From assembly GCA_965223845.1 (NCBI GenBank), contig CBDCXR010000004.1, positions 352,001 to 416,000 of the forward strand: a stretch of 64,000 nucleotides of DNA, read 5' to 3'. This document shows, in pieces, positions 10,024 to 20,052 of the stretch. Made by a program: the position numbers and the translations under genes. Each line of letters opens with the position of its first letter. Position 1 is the stretch's first letter. The notes beneath the pieces were generated by a model. The model did no database searches, was not told where the DNA came from, and saw nothing but the letters and a program-made list of their open reading frames with translations. This stretch comes from Planctomycetota bacterium (GTDB taxonomy: Bacteria > Planctomycetota > UBA8108 > SXIK01).

Positions 10024-11316
10024 ATGAATCCTTTTCGATCGGGCGTGCTTCCTCGTCTTGCCGCGTTCCTGCCTGCGACCCTCTTCGCGATCGCCCCGCT
10101 GTCCTCTGAAGAACTGGCGAGCTCGCCGGTCGAGCTTCGACGACTCGCGGAGCTCACCGGGATCTGGCGTGTCGAAGGTCGAGTCCGCGCGAGCGCCGAC
10201 CGTCCGTGGATCGAGGTCGCGGGCACTGCTCAGGCTGAGACGATTCGCGGCGGGCGTTTCATCGTCCGCACGTTGCAACTCGCGCCGGCGGGAGAGACGT
10301 CTCCGGCGATCGAGCGGTCGAGCCTCTTCGGTTTCGACGAGCGGGGCGACCGGCTACGCCGGCTCTCGACCGGTTACGGGCGCACCGCGGTGGTCGTCGA
10401 GGATGGAAAAGCAGACGGCGATCGCCTGATCTTCAGCGCCAGTGAGGCGTCTGCGGGCACCCCGGCGCGGCGCTCGGTCATCGAGCAGGCGGGGGCGGAG
10501 ACGCTCAAGGAGACGACGTATTCCGTCGGTTCGGGCGGAAGCGAGAGGCTCGTCGAGTCGCTCGCTCTCGTGCGCACGGAAAGTAAGGCTGCGATTCTCC
10601 CGCTCGTCGCGAGGAACTCGGCGGGGATGGAGCTCTGCCGCATCGATCCCGGGGAGTTCGTCATGGGGAGCGCCGAGTCGGAAAAGGGGCGCGAGGACGA
10701 CGAATCGCCGCAGCGCACCGTTCGGATCACGCGTGCGTTCTATCTCGGCGGCACGGAAGTGACCCAGGCGCAGTGGGCGGACGTCATGGAAACGCGGCCG
10801 TGGGAAGACAACAAGAACATCGAGAAGGGCGAAACATTGCCCGCGGTGCTGATTCGATGGAGCGACGCCGTTCAGTTCTGCCGCAAGCTCAGCGAGCGTG
10901 AAGGGAAAACGTATCGTCTTCCGACCGAAGCGGAGTGGGAATACGCCTGCCGCGCCGGCGCGGCGACGGAGTTCTACTGGGGCGTCGGCTTCGATCCCGA
11001 GTTTGCGTGGAGCAGCAAGAACGCGAAAGGCCTTCAGCCGGTCGCGACGCGGTGGCCGAATGCGCGCGGGCTCTTCGATATGGGCGGAAACGTCTGGGAG
11101 TGGTGCCGTGACTGGCACGGTCCGTATGACGCGGACGGCGGGGAAGATCCCGTCGGCCCGGCGAGCGGTGAGCGGCGCGTGATTCGGAGCGGCTCCTACA
11201 GCAATAGCATGTGGGACTGCCGATCGGGCGAGCGCGGTGCCGTGCCACCCGACGTTTCGTTTGGGGCGAGCGGGTTTCGCGTCCTTCTCGAGATTCCGAG
11301 CCCGAAGTCACGCTGA
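10024..11316 (+). CDS. DUF1579-like N-terminal domain fused to an FGE-sulfatase (SUMF1-like) domain
   Basis: Signal peptide; LTGIWRVEG...GGRFI N-domain; GEFVMGS, TEVTQAQW, YRLPTEAEWEYACRAG, GLFDMGGNVWEWC, GFRV. Confidence 0.85.
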   Translation: MNPFRSGVLPRLAAFLPATLFAIAPLSSEELASSPVELRRLAELTGIWRVEGRVRASADRPWIEVAGTAQAETIRGGRFIVRTLQLAPAGETSPAIERSSLFGFDERGDRLRRLSTGYGRTAVVVEDGKADGDRLIFSASEASAGTPARRSVIEQAGAETLKETTYSVGSGGSERLVESLALVRTESKAAILPLVARNSAGMELCRIDPGEFVMGSAESEKGREDDESPQRTVRITRAFYLGGTEVTQAQWADVMETRPWEDNKNIEKGETLPAVLIRWSDAVQFCRKLSEREGKTYRLPTEAEWEYACRAGAATEFYWGVGFDPEFAWSSKNAKGLQPVATRWPNARGLFDMGGNVWEWCRDWHGPYDADGGEDPVGPASGERRVIRSGSYSNSMWDCRSGERGAVPPDVSFGASGFRVLLEIPSPKSR

Positions 11317-11334
11317 GCGAGTGTGCGGTCGCGC

Positions 11335-11883
11335 TCAGCGCCGGCGCCGCGGTCCGCTCAGCTCGACGATCCCGCGGATCCTTCCCCACTCGGCCGCGGA
11401 GTCGCCGAGGTCGTTCCACCGGCCCCGCTGGCGGAAGTTGATCATCCCGAACGGCTCGCCGGCCTGTTCGTTGTTGGGCTCGCCGGGCAACCAGTTGGTG
11501 AACGCGAGCTCCTCGCCGCTCGTCCAGCGCCACTCGCCCTCCGAGTCTTCGTCCGTGCAGCCGATCCACATCGCGTCGCTCCCGAACGTATCGACGACCC
11601 ACTCCTGCTCCTCGGCGTCGTTGATGGCGACGAGGTGGCCGCCGATCTCACGCGCGTACTCCTCACCCTCGTACCACGTACAACCGGACGGAGTGAGTCG
11701 GTAGAGATTCCCGCGGAACTCTTTCCATGTTTCGGGTGAGCTACGGAGAAGATCCCACCTGCGGTAGCGCCAGGAGATCTCGTCCCATCCCGCGATCACG
11801 CCGGCTATGAGGACGATCAAAACGCCGCCGCCGATGTAGATCGCGATCCGTCGCCCGCCGCGAGAGTGCGCTTCGGTTCTCAT
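11335..11883 (-). CDS. Membrane-anchored C-type lectin domain protein
   Basis: From ATG 11883: one TM helix, then GGHLVAINDAEEQEW...WIGCTD...EGEWRW...FTNWLPGEPNN...WND (CTLD with EPN and WND motifs). Confidence 0.85.
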   Translation of the reverse strand: MRTEAHSRGGRRIAIYIGGGVLIVLIAGVIAGWDEISWRYRRWDLLRSSPETWKEFRGNLYRLTPSGCTWYEGEEYAREIGGHLVAINDAEEQEWVVDTFGSDAMWIGCTDEDSEGEWRWTSGEELAFTNWLPGEPNNEQAGEPFGMINFRQRGRWNDLGDSAAEWGRIRGIVELSGPRRRR

Positions 11884-12061
11884 GCCTGCAGCTCCGTAGG
11901 CCACCCAGTCACGATTGTAGCCCGAAATCCCGTTCGCACCGTACGGGGCCGGTCGCTCCCAACTGTTCGTTCGCCCGCCGGAGTTGACTCCCTCTACGAA
12001 CTTGACTACGGTCGATGGGCCAGCATCCGAGTGAGTCAGCGGGCAGATGAAGGGAGGCGCG

Positions 12062-13645
12062 ATGTCGCTAGCAAGAACGATTCGCCGGCCGACCAGTACG
12101 GCCGTGATGGCCGTACTGGTGCTCGTCAGTGCTCGGGGCCTTACGGACGATACCAACCAGACGGCCGAGTCGGGCGCAGCCGCGGACGAGTGCCCGGACA
12201 ACACGAAGATCGCGTCGTATCCCGAGCTCAGAGATACGACCCGCCGGACGATCGAACGGGCTCTCGATCTCTTCAAGCGCTCGGATTCCTCGCCGCATTG
12301 GGACGCGATGATTCAGAAGGGGCGGGCCGGACTGAAGGGCGTGGCACGGCGGGACAAGAAGACTCCGCTTCCCGAGTTTTATCTCGGTATGTCGTACTTC
12401 GAAACCATGCTCTACGACGCTGCGGAGAAGTGGCTCGAGAAGGCGCTCAAGGCATCGCCCACTTTTCATGAGGCGCACCTCGTGCTCGCGCGAGTGAAGA
12501 TCATCGCGAAGGACTACAAAGCGGCGCTCACGCATACCGAGAAGGCGCTCGAGATCTGTCCGAAGTTCTTGCCGGCCGCCTATATCAAGTCGGAGTGTCT
12601 CGTCCGGCTCAATCGCATCGAAGACGCGCTGCGATTCTTCGACGAATCGCCGGCGACGAGAGATTTGCCGCGCACGTTCGACGAGATCATCGAACTCGAG
12701 GAAGAGGAGGTTCGTCGGAATCCACCGCGACGGCCTCCCCCTGTTCCCGACTCCACCGTTGTGGACGAGGCGAAAGCGGCTGAGGAAGCCGAGAAGGAAG
12801 CGGAGCTAGAGCTCCGGCGCAGCGGCACTCGGCTTCGTGTGCTCCTCCAGCGGGCCGTGGATGGTCCGGAGTGGGGCCGCGGTTTCGTCAAGGAATCGAA
12901 GCACTACCGCATTTCGACTCCCGTCTCTCAAGCGTTCGCGGACGAGGCCTCGGAGCGGGCGGAGCTGATCCACGAGCTCTACCGCAAGCTGTTTCCGAAG
13001 ATCAAGCGGCCGAAACGAAAGTACGAAGTTTGGATCTACGGTTCCGAGGAAGAGTACATCAACTCGGGTGCGCCGGTCGGCACGGCCGGCTACTACGACA
13101 CGACGTTTCGCCGCCTCGTGCTGTACTACGAGGAGCGAAACCTGGATTACACGTACTCAGTTCTTCAGCACGAGGCGTTTCACCAGTTCTTCGACGACTA
13201 CGTGAGGATCGCTCCGCCGTGGTTCAACGAAGGGCTCGGTGAGTACTTCGGGGCGTTCGAGCTCTACAAGCGAGGAAAGAAATCGTATCTCCGTTCGCCT
13301 CGCGATCTCGGTCAACGGCGCTCGGCGTCGGCGCTCGTTCGATCTCGCGGGTACACTCCGCTCCCGATCTTCCTCCGCATGAACCAAGAGTACATGTACC
13401 GCCGAGCCGGTGTGCACTACGCCCAGGCACTGTCCCTCGTCCACTTCATGCTCGAAGGCGTCTCCTACAATCGCGACGTCGGCGTCGGTCTCGTAACGAA
13501 GCGAACCTACCGCAAGGTTCTCCTCGAGTACTTCAACCAGATCCGCCGGGGCAAGAACCCAGTCCAGGCTTACGACGCGACCTTCGCGAAGATCGACCTG
13601 AAGATGTTCGAGGAGGACTGGATCGATTTCGCGTCGAGGCAGTAG
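12062..13645 (+). CDS. TPR + DUF1570-like zinc metallopeptidase-motif protein
   Basis: GGGAGG RBS, signal peptide, TPR helices, HEAFH followed by PPWFNEGLGEYF, and YAQALSLVHFML. Confidence 0.8.
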   Translation: MSLARTIRRPTSTAVMAVLVLVSARGLTDDTNQTAESGAAADECPDNTKIASYPELRDTTRRTIERALDLFKRSDSSPHWDAMIQKGRAGLKGVARRDKKTPLPEFYLGMSYFETMLYDAAEKWLEKALKASPTFHEAHLVLARVKIIAKDYKAALTHTEKALEICPKFLPAAYIKSECLVRLNRIEDALRFFDESPATRDLPRTFDEIIELEEEEVRRNPPRRPPPVPDSTVVDEAKAAEEAEKEAELELRRSGTRLRVLLQRAVDGPEWGRGFVKESKHYRISTPVSQAFADEASERAELIHELYRKLFPKIKRPKRKYEVWIYGSEEEYINSGAPVGTAGYYDTTFRRLVLYYEERNLDYTYSVLQHEAFHQFFDDYVRIAPPWFNEGLGEYFGAFELYKRGKKSYLRSPRDLGQRRSASALVRSRGYTPLPIFLRMNQEYMYRRAGVHYAQALSLVHFMLEGVSYNRDVGVGLVTKRTYRKVLLEYFNQIRRGKNPVQAYDATFAKIDLKMFEEDWIDFASRQ

Positions 13646-13647
13646 GC

Positions 13648-13680
13648 GTTCGCCGCCTCTCTCGCATTCCCTCGGCGAAC
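13648..13680. terminator. Hairpin between convergent genes (possible terminator)
   Basis: GTTCGCCG...CGGCGAAC inverted repeat just after the stop at 13645; no U-tract. Confidence 0.3.
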
Positions 13681-13726
13681 GCTCGGAACAAGCGTCCGAT
13701 CGGGAACGAGATCGGGCGGTTGGGCC

Positions 13727-14266
13727 TTACTCCTCTTCGTCGAGAGCCGCGTGCAGCACGTCGAGAGTGCTGATGATCCCGACGAGCCGCGCGTCGTCGT
13801 CGAGTACGACGACACGATGCACGGCCTGGTCGGTCATGCACTCGAGGATCGAGCGCAGCGAGGCGTCCTTTTGCACGCTGACGACGTGAGTCGTCATGAA
13901 GCGCTCGGCCGGTTGTGCGGCCGCCGGAGCGACCGAATCGCCGACTTCACGCAGGCGCTCCTCGTAGATCGCTAGCGGAAGCGCGAGCTGCGATTCGAAG
14001 AACGCCGACGCCTGAGCGCGCCGGCGCTCGTCGTCGATCGCCGTCTCTGCGCCGACGAGATCTCGCGCCGAGAGAACTCCGACGCAGACTCCGTTCTCGT
14101 CGACCACGGGGGCGCCGGAGATCCGCTCTTCGAGGAGCACCGTGGCTGCGCGAGCCAGCGGGTCGCTGCGCCGGATCGTTACGACGTCACTCATCATTAC
14201 GTCGGCTGCGCGGGTCATATCGAGCCAGTCTCCCAGGGTGGTCGCGGAAGCTCGGTTTACGTCCAT
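13727..14266 (-). CDS. CBS-domain pair protein
   Basis: AADVMMSDVVTI...ISGAPVVDENGVCVGVLSARD; FMTTHVVSV...VHRVVVLDDDARLVGIISTLD. Confidence 0.85.
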   Translation of the reverse strand: MDVNRASATTLGDWLDMTRAADVMMSDVVTIRRSDPLARAATVLLEERISGAPVVDENGVCVGVLSARDLVGAETAIDDERRRAQASAFFESQLALPLAIYEERLREVGDSVAPAAAQPAERFMTTHVVSVQKDASLRSILECMTDQAVHRVVVLDDDARLVGIISTLDVLHAALDEEE

Positions 14267-14303
14267 CGGACCCTCTTCGGTCGGTCGTACGGATCGAGTC
14301 GGT

Positions 14304-14894
14304 TCAGTCTGGACTTCCCGACTCGTCGTCCTCGGTCTTATCGCGGAGCTCGCGGACGTCGGCGTAGCGGTGGCGGCGAGAGAGCTCACTCTTGTACGCC
14401 GCCACGCTCCGTACCAGCGATCTGAGCGCGCGGACGAATGCGGGATGCCATTTCGCGTCGGAGATCGATGCGCAGAGGGTCCGGCGCGGCAGGTGAAGCG
14501 ACAGGTGAACGTCGGACGATCCCCGCCGCGCGTCGTCAGCGATGTCGACGCGGAGACTGGCGCGAGGGAAGCATCGCACGGTGCGCTCGAGGACGCTGTT
14601 GCGGACGTGCTCCTCGATCTGTTGGCGACGTTCCCGTGCTTTCTCTCGCTGCGAGCAGTGGACGGCGACGTTCAACCGAGCGCCGCGATCGGATTCCGCT
14701 TCACCACGGTCCGCTCTCGCGCTCGAGAGCTCGTCGAGCGTGCCGTCAGAGGGGGGAGTTCCGCTCTGCACCGTAGCTTGCACGTCGCTAGCTGCTCGGC
14801 GGCGTCGCGTGCGCGGTTCGTCTTCTCCGGTGTCGCGAAGGCGAGGGAGACTTTGGTGCGGCTTTCGAATCGGGGAGTGGTCGACTTTGGACAT
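14304..14894 (-). CDS. HPF/RaiA-like (ribosome hibernation-type) domain protein with a disordered N-terminus
   Basis: AAGGAG RBS before ATG 14894. The C-terminal beta-alpha-beta-beta-beta-alpha pattern (LNVAVH...IEEHV...LRVDI...VHLSLHLPRRTLCA...AFVRALRSLVRSVAAYK) resembles HPF; assignment is by pattern only. Confidence 0.55.
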   Translation of the reverse strand: MSKVDHSPIRKPHQSLPRLRDTGEDEPRTRRRRAASDVQATVQSGTPPSDGTLDELSSARADRGEAESDRGARLNVAVHCSQREKARERRQQIEEHVRNSVLERTVRCFPRASLRVDIADDARRGSSDVHLSLHLPRRTLCASISDAKWHPAFVRALRSLVRSVAAYKSELSRRHRYADVRELRDKTEDDESGSPD

Positions 14895-14902
14895 GGCGCG
14901 TA

Positions 14903-15403
14903 TCAACTCCTTTCCGCCGCGGTGAGTCGGGGCTCGGGGGATTCGAGACGATAGAAACGACTGCAGAAATCGAAGTTTTGGAGAACCTGAAGAAGATCGA
15001 GCGCGGACAGCATCCCGATCGGTTCGCCGTCTTCGACCACGAGGAGCCGATGGAGGCGGAGTCGGCACATCGCATCGGCCGCGTCGACCAGTTCGTCGTC
15101 GGGAGTGACGAAGTGCACGCGCCGCGACATGACGCGTGCGACCGGCTGCTTTCGGAGCTCGGCCTCGAGCTCCGCGTGCGTTTCGCTCGTGTCGGTGAGC
15201 TGGCGCGCGATCCACCGGACGACGTCGTACTGTCCGACCATGCCGACGAGTGCGCCTGCATCCGAAAGCACCGGCACCCCACCGACGTGATACGACGCGA
15301 GGATCTTGTCGAGCTCGCTGATCGGCGTGTCTTCATGCACCGAGACCAAACAGTCACGGCGGACCAAATCTCGAACTCGGAGCGGTGCGCGCGTGTCTCT
15401 CAT
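14903..15403 (-). CDS. CBS-domain pair protein
   Basis: VRDLVRRDCLVSV...VGGVPVLSDAGALVGMVGQYD; VMSRRVHFVTPDD...LHRLLVVEDGEPIGMLSALD. Confidence 0.85.
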   Translation of the reverse strand: MRDTRAPLRVRDLVRRDCLVSVHEDTPISELDKILASYHVGGVPVLSDAGALVGMVGQYDVVRWIARQLTDTSETHAELEAELRKQPVARVMSRRVHFVTPDDELVDAADAMCRLRLHRLLVVEDGEPIGMLSALDLLQVLQNFDFCSRFYRLESPEPRLTAAERS

Positions 15404-15590
15404 GGAATCCCCCTTGTTTTGCTTCTTCCGCTGATCGAAAGCGGCGCCGGAGTGAGGTTTTCGTTTGAATCGCCGCCCGGATTCCTCGGTGTGGTGTCAC
15501 AGCTGCTGACCGCGGTGCCCGATCCGCTGCTTTCGGGGCGCGATCCACGTCGCGTGAGGAACCCGGGCGAACTGTTCTTCGCGTCGCTTG

Positions 15591-15606
15591 TGCAAACCGC
15601 ATTCCA
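15591..15606 (-). promoter_or_regulatory. Sigma-54 (-24/-12) promoter for the CBS-HPF-CBS operon
   Basis: The minus strand reads TGGAATGCGGTTTGCA (GG-N10-GC, with TTTGCA), ~190 nt upstream of ATG 15403. Confidence 0.7.
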
Positions 15607-15807
15607 GCGCCGCCGCCCTGCGACGTGACGAGAGACTCCGGCCGGAGACCCGCGGGGCGAAGCGCTCGAGCGGGCATCGACCGCGAATCATTTCGCTTTC
15701 GTCGAGCCAGAAGGGAGATTGTTCGCAGCCTTGACGTCGCAATCGACCGGTTCGCTCGGGTGGCGGCCGACGTGCCGAAAATCACCCGCTCGCACGGACG
15801 CGGACGT

Positions 15808-17460
15808 TTACCCTTCGGGGCGAGTTCTTTCCCGGAGAACCTTGAGCGCAGCGGCGAGACTCGCGGCCTCTGTCCCGCCCGTATCGATGCGGTGAGCGGT
15901 GTCGGTGGGCAGAGAGCGCGTGCGACGTTGCTTCGCGAGGACGTCCGGAGTGGCTTCGGACGGATCCTCGCCTTCGGCCAGGCGGCGGCGAAGCCGCTCG
16001 TCGGCCACCGCGTCCGGGACGACGCATTCGAGGATGGTCACCGCGCTCGCGGCGTTGCGTGCCTCGTGTTCCATCGCCGTGAGATCGCCCGCCGAGGAGA
16101 ACGTGGCATCGACGACGACATGGGCGCCGGCGCGGAGGAGAGTTCCCGCGCGCTCGGTGAGCGCCGCGTAGACCTTTCGGCGATTCTCGACGGAGTAGCG
16201 GCCGGCAGCGTAGGCGGCGTCGCGGGCGTCGTCCGCCACGGCGGGAACGATTTCGCGTCGGAGCTCGTCCGAGCTGAGCACGTCCGCACCGAGCTCCCGC
16301 CCGAGCCTGCGCGCGAGCGTCGACTTTCCCGACGCCGAGAGGCCGCCGACGAGAACGCAGCGCGGGCGGCCGAGCCCGAGACTTGTCGAGTGCGCGAGCT
16401 CGAAGTATCGGATCGCCGCGCGCCGGTGAGCGTCGATCTCACGTCCGCATGACACCTGCTGAGCGCGGAGGAGATGGACCTTTGCGCGGACGTGTGCGCG
16501 GTAGCTCACATAAAAATCGATGACGGTCGTGATGCCCTCGTCGCCCGAGGCCTCGATGTAGAGATCGAGAAAGTCGCGCCAGAGACTCGGCTCTCCGAGA
16601 AGGAAGAAGTCGACCGCCAAGAAGGCGAGGTCGCTTGCGACATCGCCGCAGCGCAGTCGATCGGAAAACTCGATCGCATCGATCACGACCGGGTCGGGGA
16701 CGAACGCGACGTGGTCGACGCGAAGGTCGCCGTGTCCCTCGCGGATGCGCGCTTCGGCGACCCGTCGTTCGAAGACCTCCGGGCGAAGAGCGAGGGTCGC
16801 GAGCTGCGCCGAGCGAATCGCCGCCCGCCGCGCGGCGCTGATCACGTCCCCGATCGCTCCGCTCGTTTCGCGAAAATTGTCTTCGCAGTTCTTGCGAATC
16901 GCGGTTACTGCGCCGTACTCGTCGACTTCTCGCCCCGTCGGGGCTTCGGCGTAGAACCGCGCGAGAAGGGCGACGAGCAGTTTGAGATCGGCCCGGGGGA
17001 ACTGCCCTCGCGCGATGCGTTCTCCGAGTAGCGCGTCGTCGGGAATGCGGCGCATGAGGACGAGCGCCTCTACTGCTCCCGGCGGAGTCGCGCCGGTATC
17101 GCGCACCCACTCGAGCTTGCCCGCGCGCTCGACGACGACGAGAACACCCGCGTAGATCGAAGGGGCGAGGCGGCGATTGATCCGAACTTCGTCGCGGCAC
17201 CGCGCGAGGCGATGCGAAAACGTCGAGTAGTCGAGGAAGCCGAACTTGACCGACTTCTTCATCTTGTACACGTACGAACCGGCGAGGAATACGAGCGAGC
17301 CGTGCGTCTCTCTCGTTTCGATCACGTTCACTTCGTGATCGTACGAGTCGGGCCGGGAGAGGAGCTCGATCACGCGTTCTTGAGTGCGGCAGGTGGACAT
17401 CGCGCGCGCCATCGCCTCGACCGGAGCGTCGGACGCGGAGCTCGGCGTCTCGCGGCTCAC
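15808..17460 (-). CDS. Bifunctional aminoglycoside-phosphotransferase-like / AAA P-loop protein (Rv2004c-like)
   Basis: ETHGSLVFLAG..VYKMKK.V.FGFLDYST, EVRINRRLAP, REGHGDLR, DAIEF..RLRCGDVASDLAFL; P-loop GGLSASGKST; GTGA overlap with the upstream regulator. Confidence 0.9.
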   Translation of the reverse strand: MSRETPSSASDAPVEAMARAMSTCRTQERVIELLSRPDSYDHEVNVIETRETHGSLVFLAGSYVYKMKKSVKFGFLDYSTFSHRLARCRDEVRINRRLAPSIYAGVLVVVERAGKLEWVRDTGATPPGAVEALVLMRRIPDDALLGERIARGQFPRADLKLLVALLARFYAEAPTGREVDEYGAVTAIRKNCEDNFRETSGAIGDVISAARRAAIRSAQLATLALRPEVFERRVAEARIREGHGDLRVDHVAFVPDPVVIDAIEFSDRLRCGDVASDLAFLAVDFFLLGEPSLWRDFLDLYIEASGDEGITTVIDFYVSYRAHVRAKVHLLRAQQVSCGREIDAHRRAAIRYFELAHSTSLGLGRPRCVLVGGLSASGKSTLARRLGRELGADVLSSDELRREIVPAVADDARDAAYAAGRYSVENRRKVYAALTERAGTLLRAGAHVVVDATFSSAGDLTAMEHEARNAASAVTILECVVPDAVADERLRRRLAEGEDPSEATPDVLAKQRRTRSLPTDTAHRIDTGGTEAASLAAALKVLRERTRPEG

Positions 17461-18845
17461 TTGTCGTCGGGATGTTTCAGGTGGTGCAGGTCGAACTTGT
17501 CGACGCGGTAGCGGATCTGATCCCGATTGAGGCCGAGCAGCTTTCCCGCGCGCGTCTGGTTGCCTCGCGTCAGGCGAAGTGCCTGTTCGACGAGATCGCG
17601 CTCGATCGCCTCGAGTGAGACGCCACGCGCGGTCAGCGTGATCGTGTCGTTCGGGCGATCCGCGGACTCTTCGATGAGGCTCAGCGGGAGATCCTGGGCG
17701 TCGAGCTCGTCACCCGTGCCGAGGATCATCGCCCGCTCGATGGCGTTGCGAAGCTCGCGGACGTTCCCCGGCCAATCGTAGGCCTCGAACCGCTCGAGGA
17801 GCACTTTTTTCATTCCCCGAACGTTCTTCTTGAACTCGCGATTGAAGTGCTGGATGAAGTGCGCGACGAGGAGAGGGATGTCGCCCTCGCGTTCGCGGAG
17901 CGGCGGGAGTCGAATCGGAATCACGTTCAGGCGGAAATAGAGGTCCTCCCGGAACTCGCCGCTCGCCGCGAGCTTCTTCAGGTCGCGGTTCGTCGCCGCG
18001 ACGACGCGGACATCGACCTCGATGTCTTTCTGTCCACCCACGCGACGGAACCGCCGCTCCTCGAGAACGCGGAGCAGCTTCGCCTGCAGATAGGGGCTCA
18101 TGTCGCCGATTTCATCGAGAAACAGCGTGCCGCCGTCGGCGAGTTCGACGAGACCTTTCTTTTGCCCTTTCGCGTCGGTGAAGGATCCCTTCTCGTGACC
18201 GAAGAGCTCGGATTCGAGGAGTCCCTCGGGGAGCGCCGTGCAGGTGATGTTCATGTACGGACCGTCTGCGCGCGAGCCGCCGTAGTGGATCGCCTTGGCG
18301 AGGACGTCCTTCCCGGTTCCGCTCTCTCCCTGGATGAGCAGCGTCGAGGAGGGCGAGGTGAGAACGCGCTCGACGAGTCGAAACACCTGCTGCATGGCCG
18401 GTGACTCGCCCACGATGGCGCTCCTCTCGAACTCTCCGCGCCGCTCGTCGCGCAGGCGCTGGAGCTCGTCGCGCATGTGGCTGTGGCTGAGGACCCGGCC
18501 GACGCGGAGCGCGATGTCGCCGTCGGCGAAGGGCTTCGCAACGTAGTCGGTCGCTCCCGCTTGCATCGCGCGCACGGCGTTGTCGATGCTCGAATGAGCG
18601 GTGATCATGATGACGTTTTGAGCGATTCCACTCTCGCGGATGCGCTCGAGAACGTCGACTCCCGTCATGTCGGGAAGCTTGTAGTCGAGGAGGATGACGT
18701 CGTACGAGCGGTCCGCGAGGGCGCGCAAGACTCCGTCACCGGTTTCGGCCTCCTCGACGTCATACCCTACTTCGGAGAGGCTCTCCTTGAGCGACCACCG
18801 AATCAGCTTCTCGTCGTCGGCGACGAGGATGGTTCCTGAGGGCAT
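17457..18845 (-). CDS. Sigma-54-dependent response regulator (NtrC/AtoC family)
   Basis: Receiver (ILVADDE...LLDYKLPD), Walker [24 protein letters not shown] (GAFTGA-like), [28 protein letters not shown], Fis-type HTH. Confidence 0.95.
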   Translation of the reverse strand: MPSGTILVADDEKLIRWSLKESLSEVGYDVEEAETGDGVLRALADRSYDVILLDYKLPDMTGVDVLERIRESGIAQNVIMITAHSSIDNAVRAMQAGATDYVAKPFADGDIALRVGRVLSHSHMRDELQRLRDERRGEFERSAIVGESPAMQQVFRLVERVLTSPSSTLLIQGESGTGKDVLAKAIHYGGSRADGPYMNITCTALPEGLLESELFGHEKGSFTDAKGQKKGLVELADGGTLFLDEIGDMSPYLQAKLLRVLEERRFRRVGGQKDIEVDVRVVAATNRDLKKLAASGEFREDLYFRLNVIPIRLPPLREREGDIPLLVAHFIQHFNREFKKNVRGMKKVLLERFEAYDWPGNVRELRNAIERAMILGTGDELDAQDLPLSLIEESADRPNDTITLTARGVSLEAIERDLVEQALRLTRGNQTRAGKLLGLNRDQIRYRVDKFDLHHLKHPDDK

Positions 18846-19058
18846 CGGTTCTCTTTCGCGTTTCGAGTACGGATACCGCGATCGCGCCTCGCAAATCGCT
18901 CGCCTCCGGGATTCGGCCGCTCGCGGCGCGGTTCGGAGCGCGAGAATCCCCGAGAGGCGCTGATTATTCCCCGCTCGCCGCGAGTTTTCTCCCGATTTCG
19001 CGGGCGCGAGTTCTTCGTTCGGGACGAGTTTCTCCTGCCGAGTCGAGTTTCCGTCTTC

Positions 19059-19074
19059 TGGCCGCGCGTTTGCT
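19059..19074 (+). promoter_or_regulatory. Sigma-54 (-24/-12) promoter for the cbb3 oxidase operon
   Basis: TGGCCGCGCGTTTGCT (GG-N10-GC), ~105 nt upstream of ATG 19180 and divergent from the sigma-54 activator gene. Confidence 0.75.
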
Positions 19075-19179
19075 TTCGCCCGAATCGCGATTGCGGACGG
19101 GACCTGGCGTGTCTGCGAACTCGAGTTCGCGGATCCGCGGGAGAGCACGAATCGGTTCGGGGGAGACGAACGAGAACAC

Positions 19180-20052
19180 ATGCGTGTGATACTTGCCATC
19201 GTGACGCTGCTCACGGGCGTCCTCTTTTGGGGTCTCTTTCGCTCGGGTCATCACCTCGGAGCTCTCCGGACGTCGGAACCGAGCTCCGATCCGGTTCACG
19301 AGCAGATGACCGATGAAGGCGAGGCGGGCGCGCGGCTCTACCGTCTCTACTGCGCCGGCTGCCACGGGGACGGAGGCGCGGGCGATGGCCCGGCGGCAGC
19401 CTTCCTCGACCCGAAGCCGCGCGACTTCACGACGGGCGTGTACAAGTTCGTGTCCTCGCCCGGTGGGACGCTTCCCTCCGACGAAGATCTCCACCGGACG
19501 ATCACCTACGGGCTCTACGGCACTTCGATGCCGGGATGGAAGTTTCTCTCGCTCGTCGAGCGGGAGCAGCTCATCGAGCATCTGAAGACGTTCTACGATT
19601 GGAGCGAGGGCTATACGGCGCCGGACGTTCCGTTCTACGAGAATCCGTTCGACATTACCGAACCCGACGACGTTCGGCGGGCGATCGAAGCCGGGCGCGT
19701 CGTGTATCACAAGGACGCTACCTGCTGGCAGTGTCACCCGGCATACATGCCGCGCGACGAGCTCGAGACGATGATCGGGGGGCCGGCGCGACCGGATCTC
19801 ACCGCCAGTCTCAGCAAGCCGGACATGTGGGAACAAGTGGTGAAGCCGCCGGACTTTCCTCACGATCGGTTGAAGTCGGTGCGCGAGCTGCGCGATCTCT
19901 ACCGCGTGATCACGGCGGGCGTCGGAGGAACGGCGATGCCGACATGGAAGTCCGCGCTCAGCGGAGAGCAACTGTGGGCACTCACGTTCTACGTCGATTC
20001 GCTCCGCCCGCGAAGCCTCGCCCTGCAGATGATCGCGGGAGGTGAAGAGTGA
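19180..20052 (+). CDS. Membrane-anchored diheme cytochrome c
   Basis: N-terminal TM; CAGCH and CWQCH heme motifs; PKPRDFT.G.YKF; distal Met motifs GTSMPGW and GTAMPTW. Confidence 0.9.
   Translation: MRVILAIVTLLTGVLFWGLFRSGHHLGALRTSEPSSDPVHEQMTDEGEAGARLYRLYCAGCHGDGGAGDGPAAAFLDPKPRDFTTGVYKFVSSPGGTLPSDEDLHRTITYGLYGTSMPGWKFLSLVEREQLIEHLKTFYDWSEGYTAPDVPFYENPFDITEPDDVRRAIEAGRVVYHKDATCWQCHPAYMPRDELETMIGGPARPDLTASLSKPDMWEQVVKPPDFPHDRLKSVRELRDLYRVITAGVGGTAMPTWKSALSGEQLWALTFYVDSLRPRSLALQMIAGGEE

Noticed and set aside
10024-11883. Diversity-generating retroelement targeting the FGE/C-lectin-fold genes
   Set aside because: No reverse transcriptase and no template/variable repeat pair was seen in the window.
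15808-17460. Aminoglycoside resistance gene
   Set aside because: The APH-like fold is fused to a P-loop domain and sits in a stress cluster, typical of the Rv2004c-like family; there is no mobile-element context.
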